In this document: positions 46,226-55,598 of the stretch, in pieces | Layout of the letters: each line of letters begins with the position of its first letter | Position numbering within the stretch: position 1 is the stretch's first letter | Assembly (NCBI GenBank): GCA_002862135.1 | Contig: PKCI01000011.1 | Coordinates: 10,195-74,194 of the forward strand | Origin: Verrucomicrobiota bacterium | Lineage (GTDB): Bacteria > Verrucomicrobiota > Verrucomicrobiia > Verrucomicrobiales > DEV007 | Direction of reading: 5' to 3' | DNA: 64,000 nucleotides | The notes under the pieces: model-generated | The model's input: the letters and a program-made list of their open reading frames with translations, nothing else | Databases searched by the model: none | Told to the model about the DNA's origin: nothing | Program-made: the position numbers and the translations under genes

Positions 46226-49200
46226 ATGAACGTAGATCGCGCGACGCTCGACTTCCTCAACGCCTTTTCCGAAGATGAAAAGAGAGAAGGCCAGAAGCTT
46301 CACGACGAAGGTGCTGTAGTTCAAATTTTTGGAAACCATATTATCATCCAGGGAAAAATTGAAGATGCAGACTGGTCTTGCCGCACCCGACTGCAACTTC
46401 AAGGGAATGAGTGGGTCGGCGAAGCCGATGAAAAGAGCGATTCAGGCCGCGCCGCGCTTTACGCAACCATGCTCGAAAAGGTGGCCCGCAAAGGCGACCT
46501 ACCTGAGGCCCCCAACGAAGTGGGCGAACAGTCTCTGACCGATGTCATTGAAACGAAACTGGGCCGTGGCTTGACCGGTGAAGAGGACGAATTCCTCGGC
46601 AAGCTGGAGCGTCGCTACCGTCGCTTCGAGCTCGAACGCGAGATTTTTGACTCTGACTTAGTGCGTCTCAATCCGCGCTGGCCCATCGATACCTTCGATC
46701 CCCTCACCCTCTGGCCGACCCCTCCGAACGACATTCTCGAATTCTGGAATTACATCGCTCACGCGTTTGAGAAAGGGAACTTTGAGTATCCTGAATTCCT
46801 TGAAGTAGTCACCGACCGCGAGTGGACCCGTCAGCGCATGGAGGAATGGGAACGCCGCCGCGAAGAAAGCGAGTGGCGCTACCAGGTCGAAGTGTTTGAA
46901 AAGCGCCCCATAGAAGACGGCGTTGAAGGCATCGAGTTTCGCCTGCGGATCAGCACACGTGAAGCCCGTCTCATGGTGAAGCGAGACGGAGAAGAAGAAT
47001 TCTCCCGCATCGCCAACGAAGAGGACTACGAGTCTCTTCAAGGGCGCTACACTAACGGAGGCTTGCGCATGGATGCCGGCTCCGAAATACTCTGGAGTAA
47101 ATTCAATCTCGCTGTCGATCCCGATGAAGGCACGGACGGCGGCCTAACTCTCGACAACATCGAGAACTGCCGTTTGCTCAATCGACTTTTCCACCAGCCT
47201 GAATTGAAGGGCCTCGTCGTTAATCTTGACGAGCATCCCTACCAAATCAGCGACAAGCCACTCCACTGGGTTTGTCGGGAAGACTCCATGGGCACCCAGG
47301 ACTATGAGCTACAACTCGTAACCGGGGACGACCGCGATGTCTCTCACACCGTCCGTCTGCTGCCCGGTGACGAAGCACTTTATATGAGTGATGAATGGGT
47401 CTTCACAGGCCCTGAACACTGGGTGAAATCCGACACCCTGATCGACCCTCGCGTCACCATTCCGAAGACGGTGGTTGAAAGCGAATCCGGTGTCGCCTTC
47501 CTATTCCGCCTCGGAGCCCAAGTGCCCGATTCCCTCGAAAAACGTATCGAAGAAGAGGAACTCAACATCACCTTTGAACTCAGCATCTCCTCTCAGGCCA
47601 CCGGTGCCAGCAGTGAGCACATGCTGATGAAGATCCTCGCGGAAAACAGCACAGGCACCCGGGAAGAAATTCTTGGTCGCGAAGGCTGGGACGTAGTCCA
47701 GCGTCCTGAAGTGGCCGGAGATACTCTCTATCGTTACGACCGCACCTTGCAGCGTCGCGTTGGCTCTCTCATTGCTTCGATGCAGCCCACCTACGACGGC
47801 AACCTTGGTTGTTATCGCTCACGGGTGACTAAAAATTTCCCGGACAAATACGCCGAGTGGCTTGAGACCCTTCCCGAAGCGATCAATATCAAGGCGGACA
47901 AGGATCTCGCCACGCTTGAAGCCGAGCCGGTTGAAGCCCAGGTTTCTTTCGAAGTGGTCGACGAAAACATCGACTGGTTCGACCTTAAGGTCGTCGTCAA
48001 AGTCGAAGGCATGGACCTCTCACAGGAGGAAATCCGCACCCTCGTTCAGGCTCGCGGCGAATTCGTCCGCATGGAACGCGGCGGATGGTTGCGCCTCAAG
48101 ATGAATCTCAGCGACGAACAACGGCAGGCCGTTTCCCGCATTGGACTCGATCCCTTCGACCTCACCGGCGAGGTACACCGCATGCACGCCCTCCAGCTGG
48201 CCGAGCCGCTGGCAAAAGAGGTCTTCGACGCTGCAGCGTGGGAGAAAATCTCCAACCGCGCCAACAACCTGAAGCTGCAAGTGCGCCCGGAGGTCCCTCC
48301 CGGTCTCAACGTCAATCTTCGCCCCTACCAAATCGAAGGTTTCCACTTTCTCTCCTATCTCGCCACGAACCAGTTCGGTGGCATTCTGGCCGATGATATG
48401 GGTCTCGGTAAAACGATCCAGTCGCTCACCTGGCTGCTCTGGATGCGCGACCAGTTTGGCGACAACCCACCGCCTTCACTCGTGGTCTGCCCGAAATCAG
48501 TGCTCGATATCTGGGGTGATGAAGTGGTAAAAGCCGCTCCGGCCATTCGAGTTCAGGTGCTGCGTAACCGAACGGAGCTCGACGTTTCCCGCCTTGGCAA
48601 AGATATTGACCTGCTTGTCATCAACTACAGCCAGCTCCGGACCTGCGCCGAAGAACTGCAGACGATGAAGTGGCTAGGCATTATTCTCGATGAGGGTCAG
48701 CAGATCAAGAACCCCGACTCCAAGGCAGCCAAGTCCGCTCGCGCGCTGGAGGGACAGAATCGCCTAGTCCTCACCGGTACACCGATCGAGAACCGCCTTC
48801 TCGACGTGTGGAGCCTGATGTCTTTTGCCATGCCGGGAATCCTCGGCGACCGCAAGTATTTCCGCGAGCACTTCGACCGCCGCAAGGACAACCAATCGCA
48901 GACACGCTTAACGGCCCGACTGCGCCCGTTCCTCCTGCGACGCACCAAAGGAGAGGTCGCCCTCGACCTACCGCCCAAAATCGAGGAAGACGTCTTCAGC
49001 GAAATGGAAGACGTCCAGAAGCAACTCTACCAAGAAGAGCTCGAGCGCATCCAGAAGGTGCTGCTTGGTGTCGAAAACGACGCGAGTCTCCGTAAAAACA
49101 GCTTCGTCATCCTGCAGGGCCTCATGCGCCTGCGCCAGATCTGCTGTCACCCGGGCCTGCTTGATTCCAAGTATCTAGGCGAGCCCAGCTCGAAGCTGAA

Positions 49201-49741
49201 TGGCCTCTTCTACCTCCTCGACCAACTTCACGAAGAAGGACACAAAGTGCTCGTCTTCTCGCAGTTCGTGAGCATGCTGGACATCATTCGTGATGAACTC
49301 GAGGAGCGCGACCGCCCCTTCAGCTACCTGACTGGTCAGACCAAGAATCGTCACGAGGTCATCAGCGATTTCCAGGAAAGCAAGGATCCCAAGACCTTCC
49401 TGCTCTCACTCAAGGCGGGTGGTAGCGGTCTCAACCTGACTTCCGCTAGCTACGTGGTTCTCTATGATCCATGGTGGAACCCGGCGGTTGAGAACCAGGC
49501 CATTGACCGTTGCCACCGTATCGGCCAAGAAAGCAAGGTGAATGCCTACCGCCTTCTTGTGCGCGAATCCGTTGAGGAGAAGATCCGAGTGCTCCAGCAG
49601 CAGAAGAGCGCGATGATGACCAGCGTGCTCGGTGAAGAAGGCTTCACCCGCAACCTCGAGATGGACGATCTCAAGTTCCTCTTCAACGCCGGCCACGTGG
49701 TCGACGAGAAGGAAGAGGACAAGAAGAAAGCAAAGGCCTAG
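46226..49741 (+). CDS. Bacterial Snf2/SWI2-family ATPase
   Basis: ILADDMGLGKT, DEGQ, LTGTPIENRL, SLKAGGSGLNLT, QAIDRCHRIGQ. Confidence 0.93.
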   Translation: MNVDRATLDFLNAFSEDEKREGQKLHDEGAVVQIFGNHIIIQGKIEDADWSCRTRLQLQGNEWVGEADEKSDSGRAALYATMLEKVARKGDLPEAPNEVGEQSLTDVIETKLGRGLTGEEDEFLGKLERRYRRFELEREIFDSDLVRLNPRWPIDTFDPLTLWPTPPNDILEFWNYIAHAFEKGNFEYPEFLEVVTDREWTRQRMEEWERRREESEWRYQVEVFEKRPIEDGVEGIEFRLRISTREARLMVKRDGEEEFSRIANEEDYESLQGRYTNGGLRMDAGSEILWSKFNLAVDPDEGTDGGLTLDNIENCRLLNRLFHQPELKGLVVNLDEHPYQISDKPLHWVCREDSMGTQDYELQLVTGDDRDVSHTVRLLPGDEALYMSDEWVFTGPEHWVKSDTLIDPRVTIPKTVVESESGVAFLFRLGAQVPDSLEKRIEEEELNITFELSISSQATGASSEHMLMKILAENSTGTREEILGREGWDVVQRPEVAGDTLYRYDRTLQRRVGSLIASMQPTYDGNLGCYRSRVTKNFPDKYAEWLETLPEAINIKADKDLATLEAEPVEAQVSFEVVDENIDWFDLKVVVKVEGMDLSQEEIRTLVQARGEFVRMERGGWLRLKMNLSDEQRQAVSRIGLDPFDLTGEVHRMHALQLAEPLAKEVFDAAAWEKISNRANNLKLQVRPEVPPGLNVNLRPYQIEGFHFLSYLATNQFGGILADDMGLGKTIQSLTWLLWMRDQFGDNPPPSLVVCPKSVLDIWGDEVVKAAPAIRVQVLRNRTELDVSRLGKDIDLLVINYSQLRTCAEELQTMKWLGIILDEGQQIKNPDSKAAKSARALEGQNRLVLTGTPIENRLLDVWSLMSFAMPGILGDRKYFREHFDRRKDNQSQTRLTARLRPFLLRRTKGEVALDLPPKIEEDVFSEMEDVQKQLYQEELERIQKVLLGVENDASLRKNSFVILQGLMRLRQICCHPGLLDSKYLGEPSSKLNGLFYLLDQLHEEGHKVLVFSQFVSMLDIIRDELEERDRPFSYLTGQTKNRHEVISDFQESKDPKTFLLSLKAGGSGLNLTSASYVVLYDPWWNPAVENQAIDRCHRIGQESKVNAYRLLVRESVEEKIRVLQQQKSAMMTSVLGEEGFTRNLEMDDLKFLFNAGHVVDEKEEDKKKAKA

Positions 49742-49758
49742 GTTTTGAGGTTTTCAGG

Positions 49759-49787
49759 AAAAAAAAGAAGCAAGCCGTTCCCGGCTT
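49759..49787 (-). terminator. Possible intrinsic terminator between the convergent Snf2 and cNMP genes
   Basis: AAGCCG-TTCC-CGGCTT hairpin with an A8 run 5 nt to its left (U-tract on the minus strand). Confidence 0.35.
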
Positions 49788-49820
49788 CCCCCTGAATAAC
49801 TGAACTACTGAATTCCTTAC

Positions 49821-50327
49821 CTATTCTGCCACCTTCTTCCGCAGCTCCTTCATTTCGGTATCAAGCTGAGAGAGATAAGCGGAAGTTGCCTTGAGACGCT
49901 TGGTTGTGAGTTTGGCAATAAACTCATAAAGCGCTGCGTAGAAAGGGGCGTTGTCCTCCTTGGGCATGAGGTGACCAAGGAACTTCTGATCCACCGCAAG
50001 GCAGAAAGAGGTCTTGGTCGCAACCACAGTTGCCGAACGGACCTCGTCCTCCAGAGCAGCCAGCTCACCGAAAATGTCCCCGACCTGATCCATGGTCACA
50101 AGCTGTTCCCCACCCTTCATCACAGCCACTTCACCGGCGAGGAGAATGAAGATACGGGAGGCCTCGTCGCCCTCACTGATGATCGTGTCACCAGGGTCAC
50201 AATCGAGGAAGGCGGAGGCATGCAGGACTTGATCGAGGTGGTCCTTGGAAAAGGCCTCGAGGAAAGGCACTTCCATCAGGGTTTCCGGGATCTTGTCTTC
50301 GTCGTGGATGTAGGCGTATTCTTGCAC
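49821..50327 (-). CDS. Standalone cyclic-nucleotide-binding domain protein
   Basis: GDTIISEGD...FILLAGEV...FGELAAL...RSATV. Confidence 0.88.
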   Translation of the reverse strand: MQEYAYIHDEDKIPETLMEVPFLEAFSKDHLDQVLHASAFLDCDPGDTIISEGDEASRIFILLAGEVAVMKGGEQLVTMDQVGDIFGELAALEDEVRSATVVATKTSFCLAVDQKFLGHLMPKEDNAPFYAALYEFIAKLTTKRLKATSAYLSQLDTEMKELRKKVAE

Positions 50328-50402
50328 GCCGGCACTATATGAATCGCCTCTAGGGCTGTCGAGCCAAGAAAGAGGCGATAAATCAAGTCTTCAAATAGGT
50401 AC

Positions 50403-50438
50403 AAAAAAAGAGCGGCGGGGCATCAACCCCACCGCTCT
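50403..50438 (-). terminator. Rho-independent terminator of amt
   Basis: 12-bp GC-rich stem (agagcggcgggg/ccccaccgctct) followed by T7 on the minus strand, just after the amt stop. Confidence 0.85.
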
Positions 50439-50465
50439 CGCTGGTCTCACTATGAAACTTTTAAA

Positions 50466-51857
50466 TTACTGCATATGGTAGGCAGGAGACCCGTGCTCGG
50501 CCACGTCCAATCCCTCTGCTTCCTCTTCCTCGCTGACGCGAACTCCCATGATCAACTTGATCACGAAGAAGACAACGAAAGAGAAGATGAAGGCGAAGAG
50601 GTAAACACCGATCACTCCGATGAGTTGGGACATGAAGCTGGCACCGCCGAAGATTGCGACTGCCAAGGTTCCCCAAATACCAACAGTTCCGTGGACTGAG
50701 ATCGCTCCAACCGGATCGTCAATCTTGATCTTGTCGAAGAAGAGGATTGAGAACACCACAATCACACCACCAATAGCTCCCATGATCACGGCAGCCCATG
50801 GCGAAACAGCGTCAGCACCGGCCGTGATACTCACGAGACCAGCCAAGATGCCGTTGAGGGCCATGGAAAGGTCAGGCTTTTTCAGCACGATGACGGACAC
50901 GAGGATGGAGGCAACAGCACCAGCGGCCGCGGCCAGCGCAGTCGTGGTGAAGACAAGTCCGAGAGGTCCGGGGTTGGCGGAGAGAACGGAACCGCCGTTA
51001 AAGCCGAACCATCCGAAGAAGAGGAGGAACACACCGATTGCCGCAAGAGGCATGCTGTGACCAAGGATCGGTTTGATGCCGTCTTCGGTATACTTACCCT
51101 TACGCGGCCCGAGGATCACCACGCACGCAAGCGCTGCGGCACCACCAAAGCCGTGGACCACGGTTGAACCGGCGAAGTCGTAGAAAGGTTCCTCCATCTG
51201 GTTGAGCCAGCCCTCACCCCAGTGCCAGGAACCGGCTACGGTGTAACCGACGGCCACAAGGATGGTGGTAAAGATCATAAAGCTGGGAAGCTTCACGCGC
51301 TCAGCAACAGCTCCGGAGACGATGGTGGCTGCCGTGGCAGCAAACATGGCCTGGAAAATAAAGTCACCGTAGGCAGTCATGGCGAGGCCGAGACCTCCAT
51401 ATGCCCATGTGTCGTTCTCACCGCCGGTCAGGCCGGAAATGGGACCATTAAAACCGATCCAATTTTCAATCTGCCATGAGCCGCAGGGATAGTGAGTGTT
51501 GAAACCCATCGCAGCATAGGTCAGGAGGCCGACGCTGATAATCCAAACGTTTTTGAATAGAATGTTGATCGTATTCTTGGACTGAGTCAGGCCAGCCTCG
51601 AGCGTAGCAAAGCCGAGGTGCATGATGAAGACCATCGCGGCAGCGATGACCGTCCAAAGCATGGACACAGTGAAGAAGTCGAAAGCCGGGGCCAAATCAG
51701 CGCCAGCGGAGTCGACAAGGTCGAGGTAGTCCTGAACGGGGCTTTCTGCAGCAGCAGCAGCAGGGGCCTCGTCCTGGGCAATTACGTTTCCAAACAAGAG
51801 CGGCACCACCAAACAGCTAGCCAGCAACAATGTTTTCAGGTTGAATGTATATGTCAT
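50466..51857 (-). CDS. amt: Ammonium transporter
   Basis: FIMHLGFATLEAG, FQAMFAATAATIVSGAVAER, DFAGSTVVH, WFGFNGGS, DDPVGAISVH. Confidence 0.96.
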   Translation of the reverse strand: MTYTFNLKTLLLASCLVVPLLFGNVIAQDEAPAAAAAESPVQDYLDLVDSAGADLAPAFDFFTVSMLWTVIAAAMVFIMHLGFATLEAGLTQSKNTINILFKNVWIISVGLLTYAAMGFNTHYPCGSWQIENWIGFNGPISGLTGGENDTWAYGGLGLAMTAYGDFIFQAMFAATAATIVSGAVAERVKLPSFMIFTTILVAVGYTVAGSWHWGEGWLNQMEEPFYDFAGSTVVHGFGGAAALACVVILGPRKGKYTEDGIKPILGHSMPLAAIGVFLLFFGWFGFNGGSVLSANPGPLGLVFTTTALAAAAGAVASILVSVIVLKKPDLSMALNGILAGLVSITAGADAVSPWAAVIMGAIGGVIVVFSILFFDKIKIDDPVGAISVHGTVGIWGTLAVAIFGGASFMSQLIGVIGVYLFAFIFSFVVFFVIKLIMGVRVSEEEEAEGLDVAEHGSPAYHMQ

Positions 51858-51920
51858 ATTTCTTTTTGTTAGTTTGCATTCAGCGTTTTGCCTCCTGCGT
51901 ACGGTTTCAATGCGACTAGT

Positions 51921-51936
51921 AGCACCCCCCGTGCCA
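51921..51936 (-). promoter_or_regulatory. Sigma-54 (-24/-12) promoter of amt
   Basis: Minus strand TGGCACGGGGGGTGCT has exact GG-N10-GC spacing, about 64 nt upstream of the amt ATG. Confidence 0.75.
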
Positions 51937-52182
51937 ACTCCGGAAGGAAAAAATTGAGTTTTTTCGGCAAAAAAGTGGCCAAAAAACCGTTTTTAAGGGG
52001 TTTCAGTGTGCCCGAAAACGATTCACCCCACTCCTCTAACCCGTTCTTGATAAGAGAATTGCCCCCCTTGGCAAGACTTCACGACCGAACAGGTCGGCTA
52101 TCTGAAACGGCCGCTTCCGGCTTCTCATCTTTGATTGTCATAGGTGAGAAATCACCCCACGCGTGAGAATCGGTGCTGCCTA

Positions 52183-52521
52183 CTACGCACCCGTAACAAC
52201 CTTCCCGCCCAGTGAGAGGATTCGCGCATTTGCTTTGGCGTCCTCCGCCTCACCGATCTGGCCGTCCTGCACATACATCTGCGAGAGCGCAGTCCATGCC
52301 AGGAGGTCATTCGGCTTCAAAGTCGTCGCCTGAAGGCCGGCTCCGATGGCCTCCTTGATCTTACCCGTTTTCATCAGGGACATGGCCAGCGCGTGCCAGC
52401 CATCAAAAAACTCTGCGTCGAGTTCGACGCAGCGGCGGTATTTGTCCACTGCACTTTCCAGGTCGCCAACGGCGAGATCGCCATTAGCATCATCAAATAT
52501 ATCCTGGATGTCGTCGCTCAA
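52183..52521 (-). CDS. Small TPR protein
   Basis: TPR-like helices (AVDKYRRCVELDAEFFDGWHALA...AWTALS); TTG start overlaps the upstream TGA. Confidence 0.8.
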   Translation of the reverse strand: MSDDIQDIFDDANGDLAVGDLESAVDKYRRCVELDAEFFDGWHALAMSLMKTGKIKEAIGAGLQATTLKPNDLLAWTALSQMYVQDGQIGEAEDAKANARILSLGGKVVTGA

Positions 52522-54074
52522 CCTTTTTCCTCTCCCTCTTCGGTGGTCGGGCGACTTGCGCCGGCGCGGCTGAAACCGGATTCCTTTTTCCGCTGATTGA
52601 ACCAGGAGTTAAACATCCGGTAGCGAAGACCGGCTTCCATGGAAGAAGCAATCCCACGCTTGATGTTCTCGGCTTCCTCATCTTCGTAGAGCTCAATCTT
52701 GTCGACGTAAACCAGCATGTAACCCTCGCCACCGGGGGCTTCGATCACCTGAGAAAGGTCTTTTTCGCCCATCTCACCAACAGCCACTGCGATGGAACTC
52801 GCATTCTCGAGATCCTCCGGCATCTGGTTGATGGAGAAAACAGGGAGAGACTCAGCCTCAACCTCGGCGGCCTTGACGGCTTCATCGAAGGACTTACCGG
52901 CCTCCAGCGATTCATTGATCGCAGCGCGGGCCGCGTTGGCGGCATCATTGACGAAGCGGTTGGAATTCTTGGCTGTGAGAGCCTGCACGATGAGCGGCTT
53001 GGCTTCCTCCAAGGTCAGGGGCTGGGGATCCTCCTGACCGGTCAGGGCAAAGACATAAAAACTGCCATCGTCATTAGAAACCGGGACAGTAACGCTGCCA
53101 AGGGGGAGAGCCTCGCTGAAAAGCTGACTCAGGAGCATTCCGTTCTCTGCAATGGGCTCGGGAGCTTCGCTAACCTTGAAAGCCTCATAGGTGCCGGCTT
53201 CCATATTGTAGTCAGCTTTCTCACCAGCATACTGCTTCGCCACTTCGGCAAAGTTCACGTCGTCTTCGGCGAGATCAGCGTAGGCGTGGTTTATCGCATT
53301 GAGGAAGGCTTGTTCCGCCTTGGCTTTCTGCTCCAGTGTCGCATCCTCGGGAAGTTCCTTGGGATTAAATTTGGCGTAATCAAACGAACGGCGAATGTCG
53401 GACATCAAATTCTCGGAGTTCTCATCGAAGTAGGTCTGCACCTCTTCGTCACTCACCTTGACGTCAGCGGCGGCCGCCTCTCGGTCGAAGTTGATCAAAG
53501 AGGCGGTATAGTTCTGGTAAGCACGGACGTAGAGTTTGTCGATCTCACTGGGGATCGTGGTCAACCCGGCACCGATGAGATCGCGGAATTTCTGGAAAGT
53601 CAGGTAATCCTTCACCAACTGAGCGAGATCGCCGTCAGTGAAGCCGTTGGGGCCTAATATGTTGTTCTCAACAAAGGCGGCATCCACCCAGGGTTGCTGG
53701 AAAATGGGAAGCTTTGGAATCTCTGCTTTAATTTCCTCGGAGGAAGGTTCGACCCCCACCGACTCGGCTTCTTTCCTGAGAATCAGGAGGCTCACCACGA
53801 AGTTGGTGCGGTCGTCGTCCATGCGATTCTCACCAAACAGAGCCACGGAGAACTCACCCATGCCTAGCTCACGGGCCACATCGTAGTAGCTGGCGAGCTT
53901 CTGAACTTCTTTCACGCGAACGCAGCGGTCGTAAACCTTGATCACGCAGTTCTGGGTTCCCAGGCGTCCCTGACCCATGTCGTAGTCGGAATAAAGGAAA
54001 GCGAAGGCAATCACGATCAGGATCGTGACGACGATAAGAGTGCCTTTCTGAATGTGGCGAATTTGTGTCAGCAT
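52518..54074 (-). CDS. SurA/PpiD-like membrane-anchored periplasmic chaperone
   Basis: MLTQIRHIQKGTLIVVTILIVIAFAF N-terminal anchor, SurA-N-like helices (EPSSEEIKAEI, VKVSDEEVQTYFDEN). Confidence 0.75.
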   Translation of the reverse strand: MLTQIRHIQKGTLIVVTILIVIAFAFLYSDYDMGQGRLGTQNCVIKVYDRCVRVKEVQKLASYYDVARELGMGEFSVALFGENRMDDDRTNFVVSLLILRKEAESVGVEPSSEEIKAEIPKLPIFQQPWVDAAFVENNILGPNGFTDGDLAQLVKDYLTFQKFRDLIGAGLTTIPSEIDKLYVRAYQNYTASLINFDREAAAADVKVSDEEVQTYFDENSENLMSDIRRSFDYAKFNPKELPEDATLEQKAKAEQAFLNAINHAYADLAEDDVNFAEVAKQYAGEKADYNMEAGTYEAFKVSEAPEPIAENGMLLSQLFSEALPLGSVTVPVSNDDGSFYVFALTGQEDPQPLTLEEAKPLIVQALTAKNSNRFVNDAANAARAAINESLEAGKSFDEAVKAAEVEAESLPVFSINQMPEDLENASSIAVAVGEMGEKDLSQVIEAPGGEGYMLVYVDKIELYEDEEAENIKRGIASSMEAGLRYRMFNSWFNQRKKESGFSRAGASRPTTEEGEEKG

Positions 54075-54251
54075 GGATTGATGCAGAGGTTTGGACCCAC
54101 TGATCTCATAGGAAGATCGCAAAGGGTGGGAAGGTAGAGAGAAACAGCGATTCGTTCAACCGCTTTTTAGGGCGCAGAAAACGGGGGTATTCTGGTGGCT
54201 CAGCGGACCGGAGCGCCCCCGATCCCTGATGATACCTTTAACGCTGAAGGA

Positions 54252-54473
54252 TTATCCGAGACAAAGATCCGGCAGGATCAGCAGAGTCGCTTGTTCCGGT
54301 GACGGAGCGCTGACACTTTCCAGTTTCCCTTCGCCCAGATCGACATAGGCCCCGTTAAACGCTCCCGGATTGGCTGAGGACACCCAGTTGTAGAAGGCCT
54401 CGAATAGACCCGGAGGCTTCACCAGTCCCGCCCCACTTGACCCACCGTATTGTCGGCAAATTTGTTTCCACAA
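54252..54473 (-). other. Short ORF or remnant with a PEP-CTERM-like tail
   Basis: Ends ...VSAPSPEQATLLILPDLCLG; no signal peptide. Confidence 0.25.
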
Positions 54474-54534
54474 TGAAGAACCGCGATCTCCATTCTAGAT
54501 TTACATTTTGAAGCCGCTCACTCAAACTAGGTTC

Positions 54535-55593
54535 ATGAAGCTGACAATCCTTCCTCTAACCCTCCTGGTCTTGATGGCCGTCACCGGCACAGCCCAGGAC
54601 TCCAAGTTCCCCTCGTTGCCCAGCGAAGTATTTTCGAACTACGCCCCGCAGGCGCCCGAAATTCGTTCTCCGGGTGCCATGGCGGCTCAGGCTCAGACTT
54701 TTCTCGACAGCCTCGACGACGATCTGCGGGGACAGGCCTCCCTTCCCTACGACAGTATTGAGAAGTCACGCTGGACCAACGTGCCTCCCCGCGGCCCCCA
54801 GGGAGGCGTTCGCCTGGGTGATCTAAGCGAGGGCCAACTCAAACTCGCTTTCGATCTGCTCGCAACGGTCCTGAGCCCTCAGGGCTTTGCCAAAGCACGA
54901 GGCATTCCGCTGGCAGATGACCGGCTTCTCAGGAACGGAGAACGCCGCCCCGGATTCGGAGCCGAAGACTACTGGCTCGCCATTTTCGGTAAACCCTCAG
55001 CCGAAACACCGTGGGCAATTCAGTTCGATGGCCACCATCTCGCCATCAATCTCGCGTTTCACAGAACCGGCATGTCACTTTCACCGACCTTTATCGGCAC
55101 TCAGCCACGCGAATTCAAACTTCATAAAAACACAGTCGAGCCAATGGCGGGGCAGGACGCAGCTGGACTCGCCTTTCTCCGCACCCTCGGTGCAGCTCAG
55201 CAGGGCGAAGCTATCCTCGGAAAGAAGCGCGGTAATCTGGTTGCTGGCGCCGGCCGCGACGGCATCGTTCCTGATGCAGTTGGAGTCTCCTGCGAGAATC
55301 TAAACAAAGCGCAGGAGTCAGCGCTGATGAATATCATCCAGCTTTATGTCAACGATCTCCCGGAACCGTTCTCAACCAGGCGTCTCGAGGAACTGAGCGC
55401 CGAGATCGATCGCATGACCTTTGCGTGGTGGGGACCAGTGAAAGACGACGGTGACTACTCCTATCGCATTCAGGGCCCAACCCTGATCATTGAGTTTGCC
55501 GGCCAAGACCTGGGAGGTGACCCGCACGATCACCTTCACTCCATGTATCGCGATCCCACCAATGAGTATGGGGCACGACTGGGCGGCCAGTGA
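54535..55593 (+). CDS. DUF3500-family secreted protein
   Basis: RWTNVPP..GVRLGDL, WAIQFDGHHL, YRIQGPTLIIEF, HLHSMYRDPTNEYG. Confidence 0.8.
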   Translation: MKLTILPLTLLVLMAVTGTAQDSKFPSLPSEVFSNYAPQAPEIRSPGAMAAQAQTFLDSLDDDLRGQASLPYDSIEKSRWTNVPPRGPQGGVRLGDLSEGQLKLAFDLLATVLSPQGFAKARGIPLADDRLLRNGERRPGFGAEDYWLAIFGKPSAETPWAIQFDGHHLAINLAFHRTGMSLSPTFIGTQPREFKLHKNTVEPMAGQDAAGLAFLRTLGAAQQGEAILGKKRGNLVAGAGRDGIVPDAVGVSCENLNKAQESALMNIIQLYVNDLPEPFSTRRLEELSAEIDRMTFAWWGPVKDDGDYSYRIQGPTLIIEFAGQDLGGDPHDHLHSMYRDPTNEYGARLGGQ

Positions 55594-55598
55594 TTGGC

